A stretch of DNA of 63,995 nucleotides, counting the filler, from Deltaproteobacteria bacterium (GTDB taxonomy: Bacteria > JAUYMQ01): assembly GCA_030698575.1 (NCBI GenBank). It is 9 parts of 9 records of this genome, joined end to end, with 100 filler letters (N's around TTAATTAATTAA, not from the genome) between each part and the next. Parts side by side here need not be neighbours in the genome. Positions count along the whole stretch, not along the records: positions 9,228 to 23,176 come from JAUYMQ010000162.1; 8 more parts are not named here. The stretch is one strand, 5' to 3'. Position 1 is the first letter of the stretch. The number at the start of each line of letters is the position of its first letter. Below, one piece after another: positions 9,228-18,676 of this stretch. The notes under the pieces are model-generated. The model made no database searches, was not told where the DNA came from, and worked only from the letters and a program-made list of their open reading frames with translations. The position numbers and the translations under genes are program-made.

Positions 9228-10568
9228 CTTGTCCTTGCGACCGTCCTGCTGGCGGTCTGGGCGAACCTGCACGCCGGCTGGATTCAGGGGATGCTGGCGC
9301 TCGGCGCTTTCGCAGGCGCCACAACCATCATTTCAATTCGCTGGCGCGCCGGCTTGGTGCGCGGAGCGCACCCGCCCTCGAGCGCGCGTGCTCTCTGGGC
9401 GGCCTGGGCCTCGGCCCTCGCGCTTTCGGTGGGAACGCTCGCCATATTCAACCCCGTTGGCCCGCGCGTTCTCATGATTCCATTCACGATGGCGAGGAGC
9501 GATTTCTTTCGCACCAGGGTCACCGAGTTCCTTCCCCTGCCGGCGGATAACTTCCACGCCGTGTGGGCGCTCCTGCTCCTGACCAGTGGCGCGATCTTGA
9601 TCGCCGCGGCGCGCCGCCGGGCCCGGCTCGACGACACGCTTGTCTTCGTCGTGTTCGCATGGAGCGCGCTGCAGGTGAACCGGCAAATGCTTCCGCTCTC
9701 CGTGATAGCGCCCGCCATCCTGGCCTCTCACGCCAGGCCTCTGCTGGATGACCTGGCCGCGCGCCAGCTTCCGCGGCGGTTGGGGCGGCTGGCGGCGCCG
9801 GCGCTCCTCGTGGCGATGGCGCTGGTAGCCTGGTCCGGATTCGTGCAGGGCGATCGGTTCCGTTTCGGTTTTGGGATCGACACCCGGAGCACGCCGGTGG
9901 GCGCCTTCCGTTTCATCGCGGACAACGAACTTCCGGGCGAGGTGTGGAACGAGGACGCCTGGGGAGGGGCCTTCCTCTGGCGTTTCTGGCCCGAGCGCAG
10001 AAACTTTGTGGACAACCGGCTCGACGTGTTCGACGAAGCGTTCTTCCGCGACGTATATCTTCCGGTACGGGACGGCCGCGAGGACTGGGAGGACATCCTC
10101 GCCCGGTACGGCGTCCGCACGCTGCTCATGGAAATCACCGAAAAGCCGATAGGAATTCAGGCACTCGCCTTCCGGAGCCCGGACTGGGCCCTGGTTTACT
10201 GGGACGATATCAGCATGATTTACGTCCGGCGGGACGCCGCGCGGGGGGCGCTGCTCGGCCGGTTCGAATACCGGACAGTCAACCCGAACGATCTCATGGC
10301 GAGCCTCGTGCACGGCGCCGCATTGCCGGATGCCATCGCCGAACTGGAGCGTGCCGCCGGTTCGACCGGGTCCTGGCGGAGCCTGAACGGGCTGGGGGTG
10401 GCTTACGGCATGGCGGGCCGTTATGCGGACGCCGCCGCTGCGTTCCGGCGAACCCTGGCGCTTCATCCCGGCTCCGACTCGGCGCGCGCCAATCTGGAGA
10501 TCGCGGAGCGCCGTCTGGCGGAACGCGCTGCATCGAAGGCGGTTCGGCGCAGTGAGAAGGGATCATGA
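9228..10568 (+). CDS. multi-TM membrane protein (putative GT-C-fold glycosyltransferase) with C-terminal TPR; 5'-truncated
   Basis: frame open from the contig edge with WANLHAGW; WN..WGG.F.W, FVDNR.D, W.LVYWD motifs; terminal TPR. Confidence 0.65.
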   Translation, partial: LVLATVLLAVWANLHAGWIQGMLALGAFAGATTIISIRWRAGLVRGAHPPSSARALWAAWASALALSVGTLAIFNPVGPRVLMIPFTMARSDFFRTRVTEFLPLPADNFHAVWALLLLTSGAILIAAARRRARLDDTLVFVVFAWSALQVNRQMLPLSVIAPAILASHARPLLDDLAARQLPRRLGRLAAPALLVAMALVAWSGFVQGDRFRFGFGIDTRSTPVGAFRFIADNELPGEVWNEDAWGGAFLWRFWPERRNFVDNRLDVFDEAFFRDVYLPVRDGREDWEDILARYGVRTLLMEITEKPIGIQALAFRSPDWALVYWDDISMIYVRRDAARGALLGRFEYRTVNPNDLMASLVHGAALPDAIAELERAAGSTGSWRSLNGLGVAYGMAGRYADAAAAFRRTLALHPGSDSARANLEIAERRLAERAASKAVRRSEKGS

Positions 10569-11305
10569 ACGGGGACGCAGAGAAGACGAGCGTACTCTTG
10601 CACTCTGCGCCCAAGCGGGCGCCCCGGTGGGGGGTTGTCCTGATTCTATTCCTGGTCGTGGGCCTGATTCAGGCGGAGGTGGACCGCAGCGCGCCCGGGA
10701 ACGACGTTCCGGTTCATATGCTCTACGTACCCTCGGGCGCGTTCCTGAAACAGAGCGCCCTCGGCTACGAGCAGGCCTGGGCCGATCTGCTCTGGTTCCG
10801 GACGATTGGCTACTACGCAGACCAGGTGACGGATAAGGGGAAGTTCGACTACCTCTACCACATGCTTGACATCATCACGACGCTCGACCCGAAGTGGCTC
10901 TACCCGCATCTGTTCGGGGGCATCACGCTCTCCCTGGAGCTGAATCGCCCCGATCTCGCGAACCAGCTGCTCGAAAAGGCGCTCTCCGAACATCCGGACG
11001 ACTGGAAGGTGCCGTTTCTGATCGGCTTCAACGCTTACTTCGGCATGGGAGACCCCGCGACGGCCGCCAACTACATCGAGCGGGCCTCCCGCCTTCCGCG
11101 TTCGCCCAACTACCTGAAGGGCTTCGCCTCCCGGCTTCACGTCATGGGCGGCGGCAAGGATCGAGCGCTCCAGTTTCTGAAGGAGGTCATCCAGCAGACG
11201 GAGGATCCCGCTCTCAGGGAGCAACTCGAGAAGCGATACGAGGACATTCTCCACGGCCGGCTCGCCGGTCCTGCGGGGAACGTGAAAAGGGGAGGGGCGG
11301 GTTGA
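10565..11305 (+). CDS. pilG: PilG-like (Myxococcus-type) type IV pilus accessory protein
   Basis: N-terminal TM, ADLLWFRTIGYY, ITTLDP, TPR-like region; sits before the ABC ATPase and permease. Confidence 0.7.
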   Translation: MNGDAEKTSVLLHSAPKRAPRWGVVLILFLVVGLIQAEVDRSAPGNDVPVHMLYVPSGAFLKQSALGYEQAWADLLWFRTIGYYADQVTDKGKFDYLYHMLDIITTLDPKWLYPHLFGGITLSLELNRPDLANQLLEKALSEHPDDWKVPFLIGFNAYFGMGDPATAANYIERASRLPRSPNYLKGFASRLHVMGGGKDRALQFLKEVIQQTEDPALREQLEKRYEDILHGRLAGPAGNVKRGGAG

Positions 11306-12264
11306 TGGTCGCACTGAAGGTCGAGAATCTGGTCAAGGATTTCAAGCGTTCCATCACGCTCCGGAAGGTCCGCGTGGTGGACGGGCTGAATCTCGAGATC
11401 CGCCAGGGGGAGACCTTCGGGTTCCTGGGGCCGAACGGCGCGGGCAAGACGACGACCCTCAAGTTGATCAACGGGCTGTTGCATCCCACCTCCGGCAGCA
11501 TCCGGATCTTCGGTCAGGATCATCGAAACGTCGCCGTGAAGGGGCGGGTGGGCTTCCTGCCGGAGAATCCCTACTTCTACGACTACCTGACGGCCGAGGA
11601 GTTCCTCGACTTCTATGCGCAGCTCTTCGGGATAAGGCGCGCCGACCGCAGGGTACGGGTGCGGCGCCTCCTGGAGCGAGTCGGCCTCGCGGCGCGCGCC
11701 GCCGAGCCGCTCCGCAAGTTCTCCAAGGGGATGACGCAGCGGCTGGGCATGGCGCAGGCGCTGATCAACGAGCCCGAACTGGTGATCCTCGATGAGCCGA
11801 TGTCGGGGCTCGATCCGATCGGGCGGAGGGACGTGAGGAACATCATCGTGGAACTGAAGCGGGAGGGGCGGACGGTGTTCTTCAGCTCCCATCTCATTCC
11901 CGATGTCGAGATGATCTGCGATCGGGTGGGCATACTGGTGAGCGGGCGGCTCAGCGAGCAGGCCGATCTCCACCAGCGGCTCGAGATGACGAGCCCCGCC
12001 AGTGATTTGCGCGTTTCGGGAATCTCCGAGGAGACCTTCGAGCGCCTGGACGCCCTCTCGATCAGAACCGTCGTCCGCGGCCCGGAAATACTGGCGGAAG
12101 TCCCCGGCGACGGCAGCGTCGAGAAGCTCATCGACCTGGTGAGAGCGGACGGAGGCCGGATCATCTCGATCGTGCCCAAGCGCGAATCGCTCGAGTCGAT
12201 CTTCCTGCGCGAGGCCGCGCCGGAGTGCACGGAAAGCTCCGAACTGGAGGTAGATAGATTTTGA
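11305..12264 (+). CDS. pilH: ABC transporter ATP-binding protein, PilH-like
   Basis: GPNGAGKTT, FSKGMTQR, ILDEPMSGLDP; pil synteny. Confidence 0.85.
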   Translation: MVALKVENLVKDFKRSITLRKVRVVDGLNLEIRQGETFGFLGPNGAGKTTTLKLINGLLHPTSGSIRIFGQDHRNVAVKGRVGFLPENPYFYDYLTAEEFLDFYAQLFGIRRADRRVRVRRLLERVGLAARAAEPLRKFSKGMTQRLGMAQALINEPELVILDEPMSGLDPIGRRDVRNIIVELKREGRTVFFSSHLIPDVEMICDRVGILVSGRLSEQADLHQRLEMTSPASDLRVSGISEETFERLDALSIRTVVRGPEILAEVPGDGSVEKLIDLVRADGGRIISIVPKRESLESIFLREAAPECTESSELEVDRF

Positions 12265-13022
12265 AGGTGCAGGCGATAGCCGTTAACACATTTCGCGAGG
12301 CCGTCCGGGACAAGGTTCTCTACAGCCTCCTGTTCTTCGCCATCGCCCTCATCGGGGCATCGGTGGTGCTGAACCGGCTGGCCATCGGACAGCAGACGAA
12401 AATTATCACTGATCTCGGCCTTGCGAGCATCTCGATCTTCGGCACGCTGATCGCCGCGTTTGTCGGCATAGGCCTGGTCTCGAAGGAGATCGAGCGGCGA
12501 ACGATCTTCACTATCGTCTCCAAACCCGTGAGCCGCGGCTGCTTCATCCTGGGGAAGTATCTGGGGCTCGTGCTGACACTGGCCGTCGAGGTCGCCATCA
12601 TGTCGGCCTGCTTCCTCACAATGCTCGCGATCTATGCGGACGATCTCGTGATCCCGGCGCTCTGGGCCATCGGGCTCATCTTCATGGAGCTTTCCGTTGT
12701 AACGGCGGTGGCCATCTTCTTTTCCAGCTTCTCCACGGCTTTCCTTTCCGGACTCTTCACTATGGCTGTGTGGCTGATTGGCCACTTCACGCCGGACCTG
12801 CGTGTCTTCGGCGAGCGATCAGGGACCGCGATGCGCTGGCTCACGGAGTTCCTTTACTACGCACTGCCGAATCTGAGGAACTTCAACATCAAGGAGCAGG
12901 TGGTACACGGGATTCCGGTTGCGGCCGAGTTCATGGCACTCTCGGTAGTCTACGGCCTGGTCTATGTGTCGGTTCTCCTGGTGGTCGCGACGCTGGTATT
13001 CGAGCGGAGAGATTTCGTATGA
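12261..13022 (+). CDS. pilI: ABC-2 permease, PilI-like
   Basis: IAVNTFREAVRDK, KEIERRTI...KPVSR..FILGKYLG, FERRDF. Confidence 0.85.
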   Translation: MKVQAIAVNTFREAVRDKVLYSLLFFAIALIGASVVLNRLAIGQQTKIITDLGLASISIFGTLIAAFVGIGLVSKEIERRTIFTIVSKPVSRGCFILGKYLGLVLTLAVEVAIMSACFLTMLAIYADDLVIPALWAIGLIFMELSVVTAVAIFFSSFSTAFLSGLFTMAVWLIGHFTPDLRVFGERSGTAMRWLTEFLYYALPNLRNFNIKEQVVHGIPVAAEFMALSVVYGLVYVSVLLVVATLVFERRDFV

Positions 13023-13609
13023 CCCGGTTTCGCGGTTTCAGCGCCGCCACCCTGGTCTGCGCCGCCGGTCTGCTGCTTGTCTGGACGATCTTCCTGATGC
13101 GCGCCGAGCTGTCATGGCGGCGCGCGGAGTCGCTCATGTCAGCCGGTGAGCCGATTGCGGCCGGATCGGCTGCCCGGGGTGTGTTCGATCTTTACGTGCC
13201 CGGGAGCCCGAGGCTCGAGGACGCCTCGCACCTCATCTGGAACGCCGCGCGCGCGCAGGAGGCAGGCGGTAACGGGGACGGCGCGCTTGCCGCATACCGC
13301 GAGCTTCGGAGCGCCTGGATCGGGGCTGCTCCTCTCGGAGGCGATGGAGGATGGATCGCGCGGTGCGAGGAACGGATCGCGCGCCTGGGCGAGGAGGGCG
13401 CCCACGCGACCATGCGCGCCCCGACGCGTCCCAATGGATTCTGGGGAGTCGTCGGAGCGCTGAGCTTCGCTGCGTGGATCTGCGCGGCTGTGGGGCTGAT
13501 CGCCGGGGGGATCCGGCGGGACGGTCGTCTGCGGCTCGCTGCCCTGGGCTGGGCGGGCGTGCTCGTCGCGGGCTACGCCGTCTGGATTCTGGGACTGATG
13601 CGTGCCTGA
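13019..13609 (+). CDS. hypothetical membrane protein in the pil operon
   Basis: ATGA overlap with pilI; one N-terminal and two C-terminal TM segments. Confidence 0.65.
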   Translation: MTRFRGFSAATLVCAAGLLLVWTIFLMRAELSWRRAESLMSAGEPIAAGSAARGVFDLYVPGSPRLEDASHLIWNAARAQEAGGNGDGALAAYRELRSAWIGAAPLGGDGGWIARCEERIARLGEEGAHATMRAPTRPNGFWGVVGALSFAAWICAAVGLIAGGIRRDGRLRLAALGWAGVLVAGYAVWILGLMRA

Positions 13610-13680
13610 CGCAGTTCGGTGGGTGTGTGCTATAGCTGACGGGCGCATCCCCCCGTTGTGTAGCTCCTCCGGGAGAGAAC

Positions 13681-14454
13681 ATGGCCTGGCCGTTCGTGAC
13701 TGTTGCCGCCATTTTCGGCGCGATCATCGGAAGCTTTCTGAATGTCGTCATTGCGAGGCTCCCGGCCGACGAGTCCATTGTGCGCCCGGGGTCGCGGTGC
13801 CCCGGATGCGGTCGCCCGATTGCCTCGCACGACAACATTCCAGTTCTCTCCTATTTGCTGCTGAGGGGCCGCTGCAGAAACTGCCGGACGCGCATCTCGA
13901 TCCGCTACCCGCTGGTCGAGCTGCTTACGGCGGCCGCCTTCGCGTTCTCGTACCACTGGTTCGGACCGACGCTGGATCTCGCCGCGGCGCTCGTTCTTCT
14001 GTCGGCGCTCATCGCGATCACCTTCATTGATCTCGATCATCGCATCATTCCGAACGAGATCAGTCTTCCCGGAATCCCGGTGGGCTTCCTCTTCGGCTCG
14101 ATGCGCCCGTCGGTCGGATTCGCCGACGCCGGCCTGGGGGTCCTTCTCGGCGGAGGCGCGTTGTTCGCCCTGGCCTACGGCTACGAGAAGATTCGCGGGC
14201 GGGAAGGAATGGGAATGGGCGACGTCAAGCTTCTGGCGATGATCGGCGGCTTCATGGGGTGGCAGGGAGTCCTGGTGACCCTCGTGGTGGGTTCCTTCGT
14301 GGGATCGGCGGTCGGCATCGCGTTCATGATCCGGGAGCGCGGGACCCTGCAGTACGCCGTTCCCTTCGGGCCCTTCCTGGCGCTGGGGGCCGCGTTTTAC
14401 CTCTTCTGGGGTGCGGAGCTCTTCGAATGGTACCTTCAGGCGACTCACCTGTAA
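13681..14454 (+). CDS. pilD: prepilin peptidase
   Basis: GSFLNVVI.RLP, two CxxC, YPLVE, IDLDHRIIP, MGMGDVKL, PFGPFL. Confidence 0.97.
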   Translation: MAWPFVTVAAIFGAIIGSFLNVVIARLPADESIVRPGSRCPGCGRPIASHDNIPVLSYLLLRGRCRNCRTRISIRYPLVELLTAAAFAFSYHWFGPTLDLAAALVLLSALIAITFIDLDHRIIPNEISLPGIPVGFLFGSMRPSVGFADAGLGVLLGGGALFALAYGYEKIRGREGMGMGDVKLLAMIGGFMGWQGVLVTLVVGSFVGSAVGIAFMIRERGTLQYAVPFGPFLALGAAFYLFWGAELFEWYLQATHL

Positions 14455-16097
14455 GCGTCTGGTCGAGTCTTCGCACGGAGATCGTGCTCAAGGTCATCGT
14501 GCTCACAGTCACGACCGTGCTGCTCGTGTCGGTTGTCGCTTTCAAGATTCTCGAGCTGGAGGTATTTCGCCAGCGCCTCGACGCCGCGCGGCAGGTCATC
14601 GTGACCCTGCACCACGAGCTGACCAACCGGGATCCGATGGGAGGCGCCTCCCAAGCGGAGAACCTGGCCGAGGCCCGGCGGATCACGACGCAGCTCCTGC
14701 GGGCGGGCAATCTCCAGTCGCTCTATCTCGTTGATCCCGCCGGCCGTGTGATCGCCCACTCCGATCCCGAGCGCCTGAAGGAGTTTGCCCGCGATCCGCT
14801 TGTGGCGCGGGCGCTCGAGACGGGCGCCACGGTCACGACGCTGCGCGATAGTCCCGCCTGGTTCCTCGGGATGCTGACAAACCTCACGGTGGACGAGGAC
14901 GTTCAGATCGCCATGCCGCTGGCCACACCGTCCGGAGAGACCATCGTGGGCGTGGCGGTGGTCCCCCTGGGAGATGTGAAGCGGTCGGTGACGCAGAGCC
15001 TCAAGGTTCTCATCGCCTTCATTGCCCTTGATGCCTTCATCGTCGTGATCTTCGGAAGCTGGTTTCTCTCACGCGCGCTCGTGCGCCCGCTCGACCACCT
15101 TTCCTCGGCAGCGAATGCGATTGCGGGAGGGAATCTCCGCCAGAAGGTCGGCGCAGGGAAACGAAACGAGATCGGGGCCCTGGGAAGAGCCTTCAACCTC
15201 ATGACGGACAGACTGCGGGAGAGCAGTGATCGCATCGATGAGCAGATAGAACGCCTGCAGGAGGCCAACGCCGAGTTGGCGCGCGCGCAGGCGGATCTTA
15301 TTCGGAGCGAGAAGCTGGCCTCGGTCGGGCGCCTGGCGGCGGGTGTGGCGCACGAGGTGGGCAACCCTCTCAGCTCGATCCTCGGGCTGACCGATATTCT
15401 CCTGAAGGGCGGCGGCACCGGATTCGAGCTGCCCGACGAAGCGCGGGAACATGCGGCGCAGATCCGCAACGAGACCGAGCGGATCCACCGGATCATCCGC
15501 CGGCTTCTCGACTTCTCCCGCCCTTCACAAGCGGAGATTCTCGAGGTGAGCGTGAACGACGTTGTCCAGGAAACGCTGGCCCTGACGGAGCCAATGGCGG
15601 ATCTGTGGGAGGTGAGGGTGCGCCTCGATCTGGACCGTTCGGCGCCGAAGGCCATGACCGATACGGCGCTGCTGCAGCAGGCGCTCATGAACCTGATTGT
15701 CAACGCCGCCCAGGCGATGCCGGACGGCGGAACGCTCTCGATCTCGAGCCGGGCCATTGTCTTCGAAGGCGCGGAAAGGGCGTTGGCCCGGCGTGCCGAC
15801 GATCCCCCCGCGGCCGACTACGGCGTGCGGCGGCGATCCGGGAGCGGGCTGCGGCCCGGCGATGCCGCCGTTGAGCTGGTAGTGGCTGACACGGGACACG
15901 GAATCCCGCCCGAGCTGCTCCCCCACGTGTTCGACCCCTTCGTCACGACGAAGGAGCCGGGGCGGGGTACGGGCCTCGGTCTCGCCGTCGTACACAGCAT
16001 CGTCGACATGCTTCAGGGCAAGGTGCGCGTGAAAAGCGATGCGGGCAAGGGCGCGGTCTTCACGCTGATGCTGCCGGGTGTGAGGGAGACCTCATGA
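14427..16097 (+). CDS. HAMP sensor histidine kinase (PilS2-like by position)
   Basis: 2 TM, HAMP, GVAHEVGNPL, NLIVNA, DTGHGI, FDPFVTTK, GTGLGL; start uncertain. Confidence 0.88.
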   Translation: MVPSGDSPVSVWSSLRTEIVLKVIVLTVTTVLLVSVVAFKILELEVFRQRLDAARQVIVTLHHELTNRDPMGGASQAENLAEARRITTQLLRAGNLQSLYLVDPAGRVIAHSDPERLKEFARDPLVARALETGATVTTLRDSPAWFLGMLTNLTVDEDVQIAMPLATPSGETIVGVAVVPLGDVKRSVTQSLKVLIAFIALDAFIVVIFGSWFLSRALVRPLDHLSSAANAIAGGNLRQKVGAGKRNEIGALGRAFNLMTDRLRESSDRIDEQIERLQEANAELARAQADLIRSEKLASVGRLAAGVAHEVGNPLSSILGLTDILLKGGGTGFELPDEAREHAAQIRNETERIHRIIRRLLDFSRPSQAEILEVSVNDVVQETLALTEPMADLWEVRVRLDLDRSAPKAMTDTALLQQALMNLIVNAAQAMPDGGTLSISSRAIVFEGAERALARRADDPPAADYGVRRRSGSGLRPGDAAVELVVADTGHGIPPELLPHVFDPFVTTKEPGRGTGLGLAVVHSIVDMLQGKVRVKSDAGKGAVFTLMLPGVRETS

Positions 16098-17446
16098 GAG
16101 GCGCCAGGATCCTGCTCGTTGACGACGAGGAGAATTTTCGCCGCTCGCTGGCGATCATGCTCCACCAGGCGGGCTACGAGGTGGACGGCCTGGCCGACGG
16201 ACAGGAGGCCCTTCGTTGCCTGGCGGGCGAGATCTACGATTTCGTAATCACCGATCTTCGCATGCCGGGCATCGATGGCATGGCGTTGCTGGAAGAAGTC
16301 AAACGCATCCATCCCGAGTCGCTCGTAGTGATGATGTCGGCCTACGGCTCGTCGGATCTGGCCGTCGAGGCGGTCAAACGGGGCGCAACCGACTACATCG
16401 CAAAACCGTTTTCCTCTGATGAGCTCCTCCTGCTGCTCCGCAAAGCAGAGGAAAGGGAGCGGCTTCGCCGCGAGAACGTCCTCCTTCGACGCGAGGTCGA
16501 CCGCCGCCACGGGAGCGACAGCCTGATCGCGGAGAGTCCCGCCATGCGCGAGGTGCTGTCCATGGCCGGGAAGGTGGCGGACCACCGGACGACCGTTCTC
16601 GTCACCGGCGAGAGCGGCTGTGGCAAGGAGATGGTCGCGCGGGCCATCCATCAGATGAGCCTCCGCCGCGAGGGCCCCTTCGTGCCGCTGAACTGCGGGG
16701 CGATTCCGGAGAATCTCCTCGAGAGCGAGCTGTTCGGCTACGTGCGCGGCGCCTTTACCGACGCGGGGCGCAACAAGCGAGGGCTTTTCGAGGAGAGCGA
16801 CGGGGGGACCATTTTTCTCGACGAGATCGGCGACCTCCAGCCCTCGCTTCAGGTGAAGCTCCTTCGCGTGCTCCAGGAAGGAGAGGTGAGGCGCCTCGGC
16901 GATACGCGGACCATCCCCGTGGATGTTCGGACCATCGCAGCCACGTCGAAGAACCTCGACGACGAGATGCGAGAGGGGCGGTTCCGGGAAGATCTCTTCT
17001 ACCGGCTCAACGTGGTGCGCATCGAAATCCCGCCGCTCCGCGAGCGGCGGGAGGATATCGCCCCCCTGGCCGGGCACTTCCTTCGTTATCACGCCGAGCG
17101 GCTCGGGCGCTCCGTGGCGTCCATCGCGCCGGAGGCGATGTCGGCGCTCGTCGAGGCGCCCTGGCCGGGCAACGTGCGGGAGCTGGAGAACGCCATCGAA
17201 CGCGCGGTGGTACTGGCCGAGGGGGGGCGTGTCGAGGCGGCCCTGCTGCCGATCGCTCCCGGCGCATCCCGGACGGAAACCACTCCATCCGAGCTCTCCA
17301 TCAAGCGCGCCACGGCGCGCATCGAGGCGGAGCTCATCCGCCAGGCGCTCGCCCGCACCCGCGGCAACCGGACCCAGGCCTCACGCCTGCTCGAGATCAG
17401 CCACCGGGCGCTCCTCTACAAGCTGAAGCGCTACGGCCTCGACTGA
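16094..17446 (+). CDS. sigma54-dependent response regulator (PilR2-like by position)
   Basis: REC domain, GESGCGKE, ESELFG..RGAFTDA, WPGNVREL, Fis-type HTH. Confidence 0.95.
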   Translation: MRGARILLVDDEENFRRSLAIMLHQAGYEVDGLADGQEALRCLAGEIYDFVITDLRMPGIDGMALLEEVKRIHPESLVVMMSAYGSSDLAVEAVKRGATDYIAKPFSSDELLLLLRKAEERERLRRENVLLRREVDRRHGSDSLIAESPAMREVLSMAGKVADHRTTVLVTGESGCGKEMVARAIHQMSLRREGPFVPLNCGAIPENLLESELFGYVRGAFTDAGRNKRGLFEESDGGTIFLDEIGDLQPSLQVKLLRVLQEGEVRRLGDTRTIPVDVRTIAATSKNLDDEMREGRFREDLFYRLNVVRIEIPPLRERREDIAPLAGHFLRYHAERLGRSVASIAPEAMSALVEAPWPGNVRELENAIERAVVLAEGGRVEAALLPIAPGASRTETTPSELSIKRATARIEAELIRQALARTRGNRTQASRLLEISHRALLYKLKRYGLD

Positions 17447-17465
17447 CCCCCAACCTCGCTCACTC

Positions 17466-17592
17466 CGCAACTTCTTGCGCACCTGACAAAAAACGTCACC
17501 CCCCGGAGTCCGCATCCGGCGCCCGGCCGGGCGCCGCGTTTCTTGATTTTCCGCCTTTTTCCGAGGTTACGGGGAGCGGCACGCACATTGCA
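17466..17592 (+). promoter_or_regulatory. sigma54 -24/-12 promoter with upstream palindromic activator sites
   Basis: CGGCACGCACATTGCA (GG 17578-9, GC 17590-1, GG-N10-GC); dyads CGCAACTTCTTGCG (17466-79) and TGACAAAAAACGTCA (17484-98). Confidence 0.75.
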
Positions 17593-17645
17593 CAGAAGGG
17601 GGGCTGGAAGGGTCACACAGACCGCGATCAGAGGGAGAGACACGG

Positions 17646-18140
17646 ATGAGAAAGCAGGCCGGAGGGGAGAGCGGGCTCACGCTGCTGGAACTGGCCGTCA
17701 CGCTGGCGGTGATCGGGCTCATAGCCGCCATCGCTGTGCCGAGCATGGGCAAGGTCATTCCGCACGTGAAGCTCAACAGCGCGGTGTCGCAGCTGACCAA
17801 CGATCTGAACATCGCCCGCTATCGCGGCATTTCGGGGAATTTCAAGACGCGCGTCGTCTTCAATACGGGCGCCAGCACCTACACCCGCTGGATCGACAAG
17901 AACCGGAACGGCGCCTTCGACGCAGGTGAGGAAGACATTCTTAACCGAACCATGCCAAGCGGCGTGACCTTCGTCACGGCGAGCACCTCTCCCCACGTGG
18001 GTTTCGATCCCGTGGGCACGGCCGAGGACGGAACCGCCAGCGTCACCGATATCCCGGTCACCCTGGCGGGGTCGCAGAACCCGCCGGAAACGCGGCAGAT
18101 CACGGTCAACCGGGCGATGGGTCTGGTGAAGCTCAACTGA
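17646..18140 (+). CDS. FimT/FimU-like minor pilin
   Basis: class III signal G|LTLLELAVTLAVIG; GspH/FimT-like body. Confidence 0.85.
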   Translation: MRKQAGGESGLTLLELAVTLAVIGLIAAIAVPSMGKVIPHVKLNSAVSQLTNDLNIARYRGISGNFKTRVVFNTGASTYTRWIDKNRNGAFDAGEEDILNRTMPSGVTFVTASTSPHVGFDPVGTAEDGTASVTDIPVTLAGSQNPPETRQITVNRAMGLVKLN

Positions 18141-18157
18141 CAGGAGCGGGGTGAGAC

Positions 18158-18634
18158 ATGCATCGGTTCACGGGAAGGAAAGGCACGAAGGGTTTCACGC
18201 TGATCGAGATGATGGTGGCGACCGTCGTTTTCGCCGTCGGCATGATCGGCATCCTGAAGCTCCTTCACACCGCTGTGGTTGCCAACCGCTACGCCAAGGA
18301 CCTCAGCTCCGCGAACGCCATTATGCAGGAGCATCTCGAGATGGTCACGCGCGAGTCCTTCAACAGCGTTGTGAACGGCACCACGGGCGGGAGCCAGCCG
18401 TTCTTCGACAACGCCACCAACGGCGACGTCACGGCCGCCGACGGGATCTTCACGCGGCAGTTGACGATGAACAACGTGACCTACACCGCGACGCTCCGGC
18501 GGCAGGCGGACTTGCCTCGGGCGAACATCGACACCATCACCGGTACCGTCAGCTGGACGGACATGGGCGGCCGGGGGGTGGCGATGAAGCAGAAGGCGCG
18601 GACGGTCTCCTTCGTGACCTTCAGGAACAGCTAG
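18158..18634 (+). CDS. PilV-like minor pilin
   Basis: KG|FTLIEMMVA; second gene of the minor pilin operon. Confidence 0.85.
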   Translation: MHRFTGRKGTKGFTLIEMMVATVVFAVGMIGILKLLHTAVVANRYAKDLSSANAIMQEHLEMVTRESFNSVVNGTTGGSQPFFDNATNGDVTAADGIFTRQLTMNNVTYTATLRRQADLPRANIDTITGTVSWTDMGGRGVAMKQKARTVSFVTFRNS

Positions 18635-18676
18635 GGCTCGAAAGGTTTGATCCATAGAGACTCTTTGGAGGAACTG

